Origin: a virus
Taxonomy: Duplodnaviria > Caudoviricetes
DNA: 55,901 nucleotides
Virus record (IMG/VR): IMGVR_UViG_3300045777_000097
Span: 1-55,901 of that record
Direction: 5' to 3' (one strand)
The position numbers and the translations under genes were made by a program. Under the pieces are notes generated by a model. That model did no database searches and was not told the DNA's origin. It saw nothing but the letters and a program-made list of their open reading frames with translations. Shown here in pieces: positions 24,412-36,100 of this stretch (positions are counted from its first letter, which is position 1; every line of letters begins with the position of its first letter).

Positions 24412-27174
24412 TCACGATCCGTAGTCGCGGCCCCGGAACGGTCCGTCGGAGAACTCCGGAAAGCGATCCGGCCACATCTCTCCCGGGCGCCACCAGAACC
24501 GCTGATGCTTCCCGCGCATGAGATTGTTCTCTTGCGTCCGGAACTGCCGGGCGCCGTCCGGGTCGAGGCTCTTTTGAAGCTGGTCGAGGATCATCCGGTT
24601 GTAGGCCGCCCGGAGATACCAGAGCGTCGAGAACACCGGCGAGGAATAGCGCAGCGTGTTGATGCCGAATTCGCTCACCCGCGACTGCCATGATTTCCTG
24701 CTCGGATGGTTTTTGGGGAGCGCCCAATTCCCGAGGAGGTGCCCCATCTCTCCGGCCGCGTTCATGGCGTCGCCGACCACCGGGCCGAAGAACATTTCGC
24801 CTCCGGACCGGACGTTGTCGGTCATCGACCCGAGGATGAAGTCGCCGAGCCACGGGATCGCGCCGAGCGCGGCGCCGTGGAACCACGTCATGCGCCCTTC
24901 CGGCGTCCTGAAATCCAACGGCGGAATATCCTTCCCGGCCGAGACCTGCTTGAGGCAATAGGCCACCGTCGCCATGAGGACCATCCCGGCGGCCAGCCCG
25001 ATCGCCCACGTTGCCGCGCGCAGCTTGTTCCGGGACCACTCGTGCTGAAAGGCGAGCACCTGCGACACGATCAGCGACGCCTGGAACGAATGGAACATGC
25101 CGGCCGATCGCACGAACTGGCCGAGCACGGTGTTCGGGGTCGACCCGCCCAGCATGGCGGCCTTCCCTCGCAGGGACATCGTCGGGACCGCCTCCTCGCG
25201 CTCCCCGGCCATGTAGGCGAGGAACCGGGTGGCGAGGTCGTCGGCCTTCTTCCGGGCGTCCTCGCGGCCCTTGTCCGATTCGGCGTAGGGCTCTCCGTTG
25301 GGGCCGAATAGCTCCTTCTGGCCCATCAGGCGAAGAACGTCCGCCGGGCGCTGGTCGCCAACCGCGGCGATCTCCTCCGGGCGCAGCCACTTCGCCGACC
25401 CGGTCGCCGGCTCGTGAAGGTCGGCCATCTGAATGACCTGCCAGTCCGACGGGGTGAGGCCGTATCCCTTCATCTTGCTCCGGATCCGCTCCGGGAGGTC
25501 GTACCAGTCCTTCTCCTGCTCCCGTGCCAGCTTCGCGGACAGGTCGCGCATGAAGGTGTCGCGGAGCGATTGGAGCGTCGGGGAGAGGCCGGAGAGGTGG
25601 GTCGTCCTGTCCGGCAACCAGCGCGACCAGCGCGCGACGTGGCGCAGCCTGTTCAGTTGCCGGGCGCCTTCGCCGAGGGTGAACGCCGCCTGGTCGAGAT
25701 TGAACCCGGCGTGCAGGATCTCATCCTTCGACTGCTTCCCGAACGACGCGACCATGTGCGGGACCATCTCCATGATTTCCAGAGGGCGCATGCCGGTGAG
25801 GTAGCGGGCGCTGGCCTGGATCACCGGGTTCACGGAGATGTGGACGAGTTGCGCCGCGCCGAGGAGCGCGCTGTAGGAGATGTTCCGCAACACCGTCCCG
25901 GAAAGCGCGAGGCCGTTCTCGTCGCCGCGGTCGCCCATGAACTGCTGCAGATAGCCGTCGAGCGTCCGTGTCGCCTCCGCCACCTTCGCGGCCGCCATGA
26001 GATGAGGGACGCCCTTGAGCAGACTCCGTTTACTGTCGATCGTCCGCAGGTCGCCCTCGTGCTCGATGAACTGCTTGATGAACTCGACCATGGCGACCGG
26101 GTTCGGCCCCAGCACGCGCATCAGGGCGATGTCGTTCGCCATCGAGGTCCCGTAGTGCAGAAAGTCGGACAGGATGTCGTCGCCGTAGCGGCCGAACTCC
26201 CGGGCGTAGCGCCCCTGAGAATCGGCGTCCTTGAAGACGAAGAAACGGTGGTCCGATCGGGAATTCGCCACCATCGACCCGCCACGTTTCGCCATCGAGG
26301 CGCGATCTGACAGCCGGCCGCCTGTGACGATATTCTTCCATGCCTCCCCGAGGATTCGCATCTTCTCTTCTGCGGAGGGGATGCTGGCGCCGAAAAGTTC
26401 GCCCGTCCAAGGGTCGCGCATCTTCGACCAGTCGAGCATCGGGTTGATGAAGTTCGACCAGTAGAGCCTCGATCGTTCCGGGCTCCACGCCTCTCCGTTG
26501 GCCGCCTTCGTCCCCCCGGCGATCTGCACCGCGTGCGGGTCGTGCGACTGCGGGTTGTGCCAGGTCTCGAGCTTCGGGATCGTGTCGCCGGCGTGGTCGT
26601 TGAAAAGCTGACGCAGCCCGTCCGCCCCTTCGCGGAGTTGCGCGGCGAACGCCTGCATCTCGGGGCTCGTCGATTCGCCGTGGAGCGCCCGGCGGAGGTC
26701 GCCGAACTGCGCGACGTTCTTGCGCCCCCCGGTCAGGCTTCCATCGGAGACGAAGGTCTTGCGCCGCCAGTTCTGCAGCGCATCGGCGATCTTGGCGAAA
26801 TAGCGCCCCTCGATCGCCTCCTTGATCGACCGGACGTTGATCCCCCCCTCGTACCCGTGCCCCTCCAAAAACCCGTAGGCGGCGTCGATCGGGTTCGGCA
26901 TGCCGTGGCGATCGGTGAATTTGGTGAGCCGGTCGACCACCTCGTCCCGCTTCTGCACGGTGAGCATCCGTTGCCGGCGCACCCGCTTCCCGATCGCGTC
27001 GAAGTCCTTCATGGTCGCGGCGCGCGCGGCGGCCCGCTGCCAACCCCGCATCAGGTAGTCCTTGTGCCGGCCGAGAATCCAGTCGGCGTCATTCTGGGAG
27101 ATCGCCGGGCGGCCTTGGGCGTCGCGCTGCTGCGTGAGGGCGCGGATGCAGGATTCGAAGCTCAATCTTCGCAC
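24412..27174 (-). CDS. Internal virion (DNA ejection) protein
   Basis: 920 aa, helical, with C-terminal hydrophobic segments; lies between the giant gene and the tail fibre. Confidence 0.75.
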   Translation of the reverse strand: MRRLSFESCIRALTQQRDAQGRPAISQNDADWILGRHKDYLMRGWQRAAARAATMKDFDAIGKRVRRQRMLTVQKRDEVVDRLTKFTDRHGMPNPIDAAYGFLEGHGYEGGINVRSIKEAIEGRYFAKIADALQNWRRKTFVSDGSLTGGRKNVAQFGDLRRALHGESTSPEMQAFAAQLREGADGLRQLFNDHAGDTIPKLETWHNPQSHDPHAVQIAGGTKAANGEAWSPERSRLYWSNFINPMLDWSKMRDPWTGELFGASIPSAEEKMRILGEAWKNIVTGGRLSDRASMAKRGGSMVANSRSDHRFFVFKDADSQGRYAREFGRYGDDILSDFLHYGTSMANDIALMRVLGPNPVAMVEFIKQFIEHEGDLRTIDSKRSLLKGVPHLMAAAKVAEATRTLDGYLQQFMGDRGDENGLALSGTVLRNISYSALLGAAQLVHISVNPVIQASARYLTGMRPLEIMEMVPHMVASFGKQSKDEILHAGFNLDQAAFTLGEGARQLNRLRHVARWSRWLPDRTTHLSGLSPTLQSLRDTFMRDLSAKLAREQEKDWYDLPERIRSKMKGYGLTPSDWQVIQMADLHEPATGSAKWLRPEEIAAVGDQRPADVLRLMGQKELFGPNGEPYAESDKGREDARKKADDLATRFLAYMAGEREEAVPTMSLRGKAAMLGGSTPNTVLGQFVRSAGMFHSFQASLIVSQVLAFQHEWSRNKLRAATWAIGLAAGMVLMATVAYCLKQVSAGKDIPPLDFRTPEGRMTWFHGAALGAIPWLGDFILGSMTDNVRSGGEMFFGPVVGDAMNAAGEMGHLLGNWALPKNHPSRKSWQSRVSEFGINTLRYSSPVFSTLWYLRAAYNRMILDQLQKSLDPDGARQFRTQENNLMRGKHQRFWWRPGEMWPDRFPEFSDGPFRGRDYGS

Positions 27175-30100
27175 TCCCCTATGATCTTTGCGAGAATAGA
27201 CTCGTGCGGCACGGAATTGACCAGCGTGTCCCTGTCGACGATGTTCCCCTCGCCATCCGGGACCATCCGCAGGAGCGGATTGCCCCCGGCCTCGGCGGGT
27301 TTGGCTGCCGAGGCCGCAGGCGCGGGCGGCGCTGGGCGCAGGGACTCCGCGACGTCCTGATCGCTCCGGGTGTGGAAGACGGCCCCGACCTGCCGCAGGG
27401 CGTCGATCAGATCAGTCGCCGTTTGCGCGCCCACCGTCGCCTTCATCTTCTGGCCGGATAGCTGCCAATTGTCATAGACGCCCCGGACGACGCCATCGGC
27501 GTAATATTTCCGGCCCTCTCTTCGCAGCGCCTCGAAGGCGTAGCGCGGTCCGCTTTTCTTGACCATCAACGCGCCGTCGACCGACCAGACCTCCGCATCC
27601 GGGACAGCGTCGAGGAACTTGATGAGGTGGTCCCCGTCCACGAAGTTGACCGCGCGCTCCTTCATGAACTCCTTGGCGTCGAACATCCGCCCCAGAAGGA
27701 TCGCCGGGCGCGTCTGGCCGCCCTCCATCGTGTGCGTGACGATCTGCCCGGCAAGCTGCTCGTAGCCCGCCAGCAGGTTCCCCGTGACCATGTAGCGGTC
27801 TTCGCGCCCGTCCTTGTTCGCCGCCTCGAACATCGGCCCCAGATCGTCCGCGCGCAGATTCGGGTTGCTCGCGATCGTGACGCTGTCCTCGCGCTCTTTG
27901 CCGCCGGCAATGATGAGGCGCGAAAGCGGGATGGAGAGGGACCGGGAACTGTTCGGCAGCGCGAAAAGCGCGTTCCACGCCGACAACGCGACCGGGTTCT
28001 TGACCTTGGCGTCCCGGGTGAGGCCGATCACGACCGCCGGCATGTCCTCGCCTTTGACGGTGAGCGTGACCGTCGCGCCCGGCCGGGCGACGTCGGACAG
28101 GGTCTCGAGCGAGGCGAAGGCATCCTCGAGCTTCGCCCGCGCCCGGGTCTTGGCGTCCGGATCCTTGGTCGCGGCGACGACCTGCCGGATGTGTTCCTGC
28201 GCCTCTGTCCGCACGCGGGCGATCATCGCGGCCTGCTTCTTGCCCCCGCTCTTTTCGAGCGCGCGGAGCTCCATCGCGAACGGCCGCTTCGTCGGCGTCT
28301 CGCCAAGGTGATCCGCGATCGCCGTCGTGACCTCGTCCGGGCGCATGGCGCGGCCCTGCGCCTTGACCGACACCTTTTCCAGATTGACCGGCCCCTGGAA
28401 CGGGGAGGGCCCGGTCGCCGGCTTGATCTCCGTCGAGTCGATCGTGCGCGCCTGGAGGTCGAGCGACTTCGCCTCGAGGTCGTTCGTCCCGGCGGCGTCC
28501 ATGGCCTCGATGACCGCCTTGTAGGCCGCCGTGATCCGGTCGATGAACTCCTGCTGCTGCTCCGGGTGGAGCAGCGTGAGGCGCCCGGTCGCCTTTGCGG
28601 CCAGGCCAGCGATGTTGTCCTCGATGCCGGGCTCGCCGAGCAGCGTCCAGAGGTCCGGGTCGTCCCGCAGGATCGCCGCAACGGCGCGATCGCCGTATCT
28701 GTTCAGGAAGTCGACCGCGTCGGCGGTGAACTTGCCCTTTGCGGCGCCGGTCGTGTTGGCGTTCAGCGACGCCATCTTTCGCATCAGGATCGCGGTCGGG
28801 CGCGTCTCCGCCGGGATCTCCGCCGCGAGGTGCGTGTAGCGCGGGAGCGTGACCTGCCCGGTGCGGTTGATGCGCCCGAGCATCTGCATGTGGGTATTGA
28901 TGTCCGGGTCGGCCTCCCCAATAATCATGCGCCTTGGGCGCCGATCCTTGAACTTGATCGAGGGGTGCATCGAGAGGCCGGTCGACATCGACTTGTTGCC
29001 GAGCACGGCATCCAGCCTCCCGTCGTTGAACATCTTGACCGTCTGCTTCTTGCCGGCGCTGCCAGTCTCGGACGATGGGCGCCGCACCAAAAAGGTCCCG
29101 CGCCCGGCGTTGTGCTGCGCCATCATGTCCTCGAGGGACGCGCCCCGAAGCGCCGGTTCGTCGGTCTGGTCGGGCGCGTACATCTGCCAGTCTCGCCGGT
29201 TCTCGCCATGGACAAGGGCCGTCGGGAACGGGTGGCTCTCATGCACCGGCGCGGCGACCGAGTAGCCCTGCCGCTCGAGGTCGTCGACCGTCTCCCTCGG
29301 CCGGGAATAGTCGACCATCGCCGATCGCCCGGTGATCTCGCGGATGGAATACCCGGCCTTCTCGATGACGTTCCGGATGGTGTCGAGCGGCGAGACCGGC
29401 AGGTCGCCGAGGTCGATGCTGTCGAGCAGGTCCTCGGCGGCGTGGTACATGTCGAGCGCATGCGCCGACATCATGTGCAGCGGGATCATGACGCGGATCT
29501 TTTCGTCGTCGCCAGATTTGATCGTCACGCGCCGGGTGCGCTCGAGATAGCGTTTCAGGATGTCGACGAAGCCGATGTTGATTTCGTCCCCGATCTTGAT
29601 GCCCTCGTTGTCGGCAAAATCCTTGATGAAGGCGTCGTTGGTTTTCGACAAGGCGATGACCGGCTTCTCCCCGGCCAGAAGCGCCTCGACCGCGCGCTCG
29701 CCGGTCTTCTGCGCTTTCAGCGCCATCACCATCTGGCTGATGATGTTGTGCATGACAGAGGCGAACGAAGTGGCGTCAACCGACGCCTCGCCGACGCCTC
29801 CGTCATGCGTCGTTCCGCCGCCCATCTCCGCGGCGAGCTCCTGGGCGATCTCGAGGCGCTCCTCCTCGAATTCGCGATCGAACTGGAAGATCGAGCGCAG
29901 CCCGTCGGAGAACTCGGAGTAGGCTTGCTCGCTGACGGGGATGCCCTCGTAGTCGTAGTTGATGCCCTCGAAAGACCGCTCCCGGCGCATGTACTGCCCG
30001 GCGTCCGCGAGCATGGACGCCACGATCTGTTGCAGCGGGACTCCGCCCTTGCCGATGAGGTCGGGCAGCTTGGAGACGTCGTCGACCGCCTTCAGCATGT

Positions 30101-33100
30101 CCGTCCGGCTGTAGAGCGTCATCACGTTCGGCGATTTGGCATAAGTCGCGCTCGAATACATGACGGCGCGCGCGGCCCCGACGACCTCCCGAAAGACCTC
30201 AGACCGCGGCGGCGCCTTCTCGTCGTCCTCCCACCCGGCTGATGGATTCGCGGCCCCGCCGGCGTTGTGCGCCTCGTCCATGATGAGGAACGAGCGCGGC
30301 GCGACCTGGCGCAGGAAGTTCCGACGCGGCGTCTCGTTCCCCTTCACGCTGTTCATCTGGTCGTAGGTCGTGAAGACGACATCCGGGGTCGCTGACCCGG
30401 ACAAGATCCCCGACATGACCTCTCCGGCCTTGTTGGAGCTCTGCGACGCCGAGAACGACCCGCGCCGGGGCGGCTCCGGCTGTCCATTCTCCCGCGCGTC
30501 GTCGCGATCGGTCAACCAGTCCAGCGCCTCGTCGTCGAGCGGGATGCGGGTGCCGGAATTCGTCATCGCCATGTTGATCGGGCGGCCGAGTTGCTCATGC
30601 CAGCCGATGTCGTGCAGATCGCGCCACATGTCGCCGTAGAGGTCCGGCTTCTCGGTGACGAAGACCGGGATCATGCCGTGCGTCTTGGCGTAGGAGATCA
30701 TCGCCGCGACGACCCTCCCCTTCCCTAAGCCGGTTTGGTCGCCGATGATGAAGCCTTCGCCGCGCTCGATATTCGAGATGCCGAGACCGATCGCATCGAC
30801 CTGCTCGCCCGAGAAATACTTGCCGAGGTCCGCGACGTTTCGCCCCAGCGCCCGGGCGACATAGGCGTCGATGCTCCCATGCTCCTCCTGCAGCCGGTCG
30901 AGTGAGTTGTAGGTCGCCTCGCGCAGGTTGGCGGGCAGGAGGGTGTTGAGCTTGACGCCTTGGGTCGACGCCGGCTCGTAGGGCGTCTGGCCTTCGACCG
31001 AAGTTCCTACCGATCCCCTTCGCTCGGAATGAGGCGCAGGATTAGCTCCTCGAACGTTGCCGCCTTGCTGAGGTCCGCCCCCTGCTCCCGGAGCCATGGC
31101 AGGCTTTCCGACGCCATTTCCGGGTTGTCCGTGATCGCCTGCTCCACCCACTTGGCCGGGTTCGCCCGGTCCAGTTCCCCCCAACGGTTCAACAGGCGCG
31201 CCTCCGACAGGCGCTTCTCCGCCCACTCCATCGCCGCCTTCGGGTCGTTGCTCTGTTTCAGGAGGAGAAGCGCCTGTTTCGCTATCGGTTCCAACTGCTC
31301 CTGTGACGTCTTCGGTCGGTACGCCATTGAGTTTTCCTCCTACTTCCTCCCAGGTCTTCAGGAGCGGCGGGGGTGTCTTGGTGAGCGGGTCGCGCTCGGA
31401 CTTGCCCCGGCCTTCGATGACGATGACGTCGACCGGCCAGCCGGCGCCCTGTTTCTGGTAGAGGTCGCCGGCCACCGTGAAGATGTCCGAGACCTTGTAA
31501 TTGTTCAACAACTGATAATAGAACCGGCGCTTGGCCTTCGCCATGTAGCCGGCCGCGCGCTCCGCCGGGTCATCGGCCTTGACGCCGCCGACGATCAGCA
31601 CGGCGCGCCCGCCCGACTTCATGGTCTTCAGCGCGTTCAGCGCGATCGCGTGGTCGACCTGATCCGTCCGGAACCCGTCGACTGACCAAATCCGCTTCTC
31701 GCCGCCTTCCTTCACCGTGCCGAACGGCGGGTTGGCGATGACGGCATCCATCTGCCCGGCGCGATCGGCGAACAGGGACTCCGAGGTCGCGTCGGTCGTG
31801 GTCGGGTGGAAGCCTTGCGCCTCGAGCGCCGCGGCGCGCGTCGGGTTGAGCTCGTTCGTGACGGCGTGCTGCGGGTTGGCCTCGATCAGGAGCATACCGT
31901 TCCCGGCCGTCGGCTCGAGGACGCGGGTGTCCGGGCCGATGCCGGCCAGGCGGGACGCGACATATGCGAGCGGGACAGGGGTCGAATAGGCCTGCTCGGC
32001 GATGCTGGTCGATGTCCGGGTGGAGAGGTTGGGCTGGCCCTCGTAGACCTTGAGGAGCTTCCCGAAGGTCTCCGCCGGCGCGGCGCCTGCGGTGCGATCG
32101 GTCTCCACGATGTCCCGGGCGTGCTCGACCACGGCGCGCTCGACGAGCTCGTCGACGAGCTTGTTCGCCGACGTGCCTTCCGGGATCTCGAGGCCGAGTC
32201 CCTTGGCGATCTGGCGCGCTTCGACGATGGACTTGAACGGCTGCTCGCCGCTCGCGAGGCGGGCCTTGATGGCGGCGACGAAGGCGTCGCGGGCGGATTC
32301 CTGTCCGACGGCCGGGGTCTTGGGGAAGGCGTCGGCAACTGCCGCTTCTGCCGCCTGCTCAAGCGTCCAGCCGCCATTTTCAGGAGGTGTGACGTTAACA
32401 CCGGGGCTCTCTCCGTCTGGATAACCAAGCCACCTCCGCAAATCGACACTGAGCTTTGGATTGTCGACGGCGGCCTGGGGGTCGAACGCTACCGAGTGGC
32501 CCCCGCCGCGGTGCTCAAGAACCGTGTACCTTCCGGCCCCCCCGGGTGCCGGAATCATGGCAAACCCGGCCTCCTCCATCGCTTTCAAAAAGGCTTTGGT
32601 CTTGAACTTGTTGGCGAAGGCTGTTTCCGCCTTCGATACCTCGGGCTTCGGCGCCTCGATCGCCGGGCGCTCGACGGAGGTCGGCGGGGCCTTGGGCGCT
32701 TCCTCGGCGAGGATCCGGGCGAACTCGGCGTCGACCTTGTCCGGCCGATCCATGCCGGCGACGTCCAGCCCGCCGTCTTCCATGATGTCGCGAGCGCCGT
32801 TGTACATGCCGCGCAGATAGGGCCGCAGCTCCGCGACACTGGAGTCGAGGTCGCGCACGATCGCCTTCACGAACTTGGCGAAGGTCCGGGCGCCGGCTTC
32901 GATGTGGAAGCCGGCCATCTCCATGCCGATCTGCAAAAGCTCCGGGTCGAAGCCGGCCGACATGGTCGCGGCGGCGTCCTTGAGCTTTTGTTTGAAGCGC
33001 GCCTTCAGTTGCTCGTAGCGGTCCTTCTTGAAGAAGGCGTTGTCGGCCCCGTAGTCGGATCCAAAGCCCTCGCCGGGCTGCTCCTGCGCTCCGGGTTCCT

Positions 33101-36100
33101 CTGCGCCGGCCTCCGCCTTTGTCCCATTTCCCTGCGGCTCTTGAGGCTCGTTAGGCGCGCCGGGCGGCGGAGCGGGCGGAGCGGTCTCCTCGGGGCGACC
33201 CACCCAATTTTCCCCGTCCCAAATCTGGGTGGATTCGACGCCGCGGCGCGCAATGTCACCTTTCCACTGCGCAAGAAGCTTTTCCGGCTCCATGGTGTTG
33301 CTGATTTGGGCCGCCAAGTCCGGCAGCGTCGGCAGGCTGAGATAGCGATAGTCCTCTTCGGACAGGCCGTTCACCCAACGGATTGCCTCATTCATCGCCT
33401 TGACGATGGGGTGCTTTCCAACTTCGTCCTCAAGCGGGAATGGCCGCTGTCTTCCGGGCGCTGGCGTCTCGACCTTGGCCGGCGGCAGGCCCGCGAGCGG
33501 CGGGGCCGGTTCGCCGAAGGCCGCCCGGGTCGCGGCCTCGATCGCTTCGTCCACCGTCAAGATGTCGCCGCCGACCGGGAAATAGCGAGGGGAACCGTCT
33601 GGACGGCGCGATACCTCACCGTGGCGCCCATCCGCAGACCCGCTGATGAGATACCAGTTCCCGTCCGGCCCCTTGACGCCGGGGCGCGTGTTCAGGCTGT
33701 CTCGAAGTTGCGCGGCGAAATGGTCCCGCGTGCCTTCCTTCGGTTCACCGGCGAGCTTCGGCACCTGATAGAACCCAGCCATCCCTTCCGGCGTCACGAC
33801 AATCTGCGGTGTTCCGTAGACGGGCGCGCCTTTGTCGATCTTCCAGCCGTAGACCGTCAGGACTGATCGCGCCGGTTTCCCGGTATCCTGCGCCACGGCC
33901 CAGGTGACGAGCGCGGCGCCGTTCGGATCCACTCCGTCCCCCCGGCGCTTCGGCTTCAGGCCGCGCGCGGCGAGGTCGGCGAAATGGTGGAGTTCGAGCC
34001 CCTTGTCGGTGAGATCGGGGAGGCCGGGCGGGAGTGCGGCGCTTTCCGGGGACAGAACCCGCACGAAATGCCGAAGGTGGTTGAGCGGCGACGGTGCGAG
34101 GCCTTGCACCCCTTCCTCAAGCACAACGGGCGCGCTGTTCGGTGAACCCTGCGGGACGGTGCGAAAGGTTTCCCGCCGCTCATAACGGTTCTCGACTTTC
34201 TCCCACGTCGAGACTTGCCCCTTATCCGGGTCGAAAGCGACGTGCCAGCCTTCCGGGAGGTTCCGAATCGCGTCCGCCGTGGCCTTGTCGACCGTGACCT
34301 CCGCCCGCGCGGCGAGACGATCCGCTTCCGCCTTTACGGCCTCTTCTTGGTCCAGCCGATCGAACTCTGCCTTGATGGCCGGTTCTAGGTCTTCCGGAAC
34401 CTTTCCTGTGAGATTGTAGCGGTGGACGCCACGCGCTCGGAGGGCTTTCGCCAAGGCAGCGATGTCGACTGCGGGATTCTCCGCCGGCGCGGGCGTCAGC
34501 AGCCCCGGCATGTCCGGGGGCAGGCCGCCGCCGAACAGGCCATCCTCCGGCAGCGGCGCGGCGCCGCCCTTCAGAGGCTTCCCGGCCGCGGTCTCCGCCT
34601 TCTCCTTGTCCGTGACCGGCTTCATGCCGGGGAGAAGGGTCTGGCCCCCGGCCTCAGTGTGCTCAGTGACGGGCGCGGGGGTCTCAGTAGCCTCCGTCGG
34701 CGCGGCGGCCTGCGGCGGGAAAAGCTCGTCGATGACCGGCTCTGCGGCCTTGATGAGGCCCGACGCGATCTGGTCGGCCGGCGTGCCGCTCGCGTCGAGG
34801 GCACCCGTGACCTGCTCGACGAGACCGTGCGCAGCTTCGGCGACCGGGTGGGGCGCCGACTGAGGCTCGACAGGGGCGGCGGCCTGCGCCGTGGCGGCGG
34901 CTTCCGCCTCCTCCTTCGCCTTCCGGCGCGCCTCCGCGGCCTCGAGCTCCGCCGTCTGCTGCGCCTGGCCCTGCGGCGTCCCGGTGTCGATGTCGGTCCG
35001 GGGGGCGGGGACGATCGGCGGCGCGCCGTCGAGTTTGAGTCCTTCCTCCCGGATCAGCCGCTCGATGTCCTCGAGGAACAACCGTGCGGCGGCCATGGGC
35101 TCCATGCCGTCGGCGACGTTCCCGGCCGCCTTGTTCAGCGCGGCCGAGACCGGCCCGTGCCGGGTGGCGAGCTTTTCGAGGATCAGGCCGAGTCGTTCCG
35201 CGCGATCCGCGATCGCGGCGTTCGAGCCTGCAAGCACGTTCCCGGCCGCCTCGATCCGGCTCTGCTCGTTGTCGAGCATCCGGAAGATGCGCTTGTTGTC
35301 GCGCAGGAGCGCCATCACCCGCGAGAAGACCTGTGCGCGCTCGCCGGCGAGGGTCCGCGTCGCCGAGTGCGAGCCGAACATGTCCTCGAAGGTGTCTTCC
35401 TTGAACCCGGCGGCGTTCGCATCGGCCACGATCATCCGGGCGGCGTTCTCGTCGGACGGCTTGAACTTGACCATGTCCGCCATCACGGCGGCCTGCTTCG
35501 TCTTGTCGGCCACGCCGAGACCGACGATGGCGGCGAAGTTCGGCTTCACCTGGCCGTTGAGCACCATCCGCCATGCTTCGTCCGAAAGCTCGGCGAGGCC
35601 CTTGCCTTGCTTCAGTTTGGGATCGGAGACCGGCAGGCTCTTGTCCCAGATTTCCGGGTGGTCACGGAGGATTCGCGCGACGTCGATCACGTCGGCGCCC
35701 GGGCCGCCCTCCTGCAGGTTCTTCTTGGCGGCGCGCGCGCGGGCGTCTTCGACCGTCCAGCCGTCGGCCTCCCGCAGCCGGTCGCCCATGACGCGCGTGC
35801 CGGGCGGAAGCTGGCCTTGCGCATGGAGGTCTTTGGCGAGGCCCGTGCGCTGGTGCCCGTCGGCGACGTACAGGCTTCCGTCGTGGCGCTCATGGACGAC
35901 GATCTTGCCCGTCGCCATCGGATCCCACGCCGCGCCCTTGAGCCGACTCGTGACGCCGTTCTCGTCTCCGCCGCCCTTGTACTGGTAGGCGACAGCGTCG
36001 GTTTTGAGTGCGAGCGGGTCGAAGGTCTCGTTGACGTGGACCGGGCGCCCGGTGACGGAATCCGTCTGCACGCTCCCGCCAGCCCCGCCGCCGCTCTGCC

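Noticed and set aside
33005-33274. Second possible nested ORF in a linker of the giant gene
   Set aside because: Arg/Pro/Ser-rich, not protein-like and no strong SD, unlike 31007..31327
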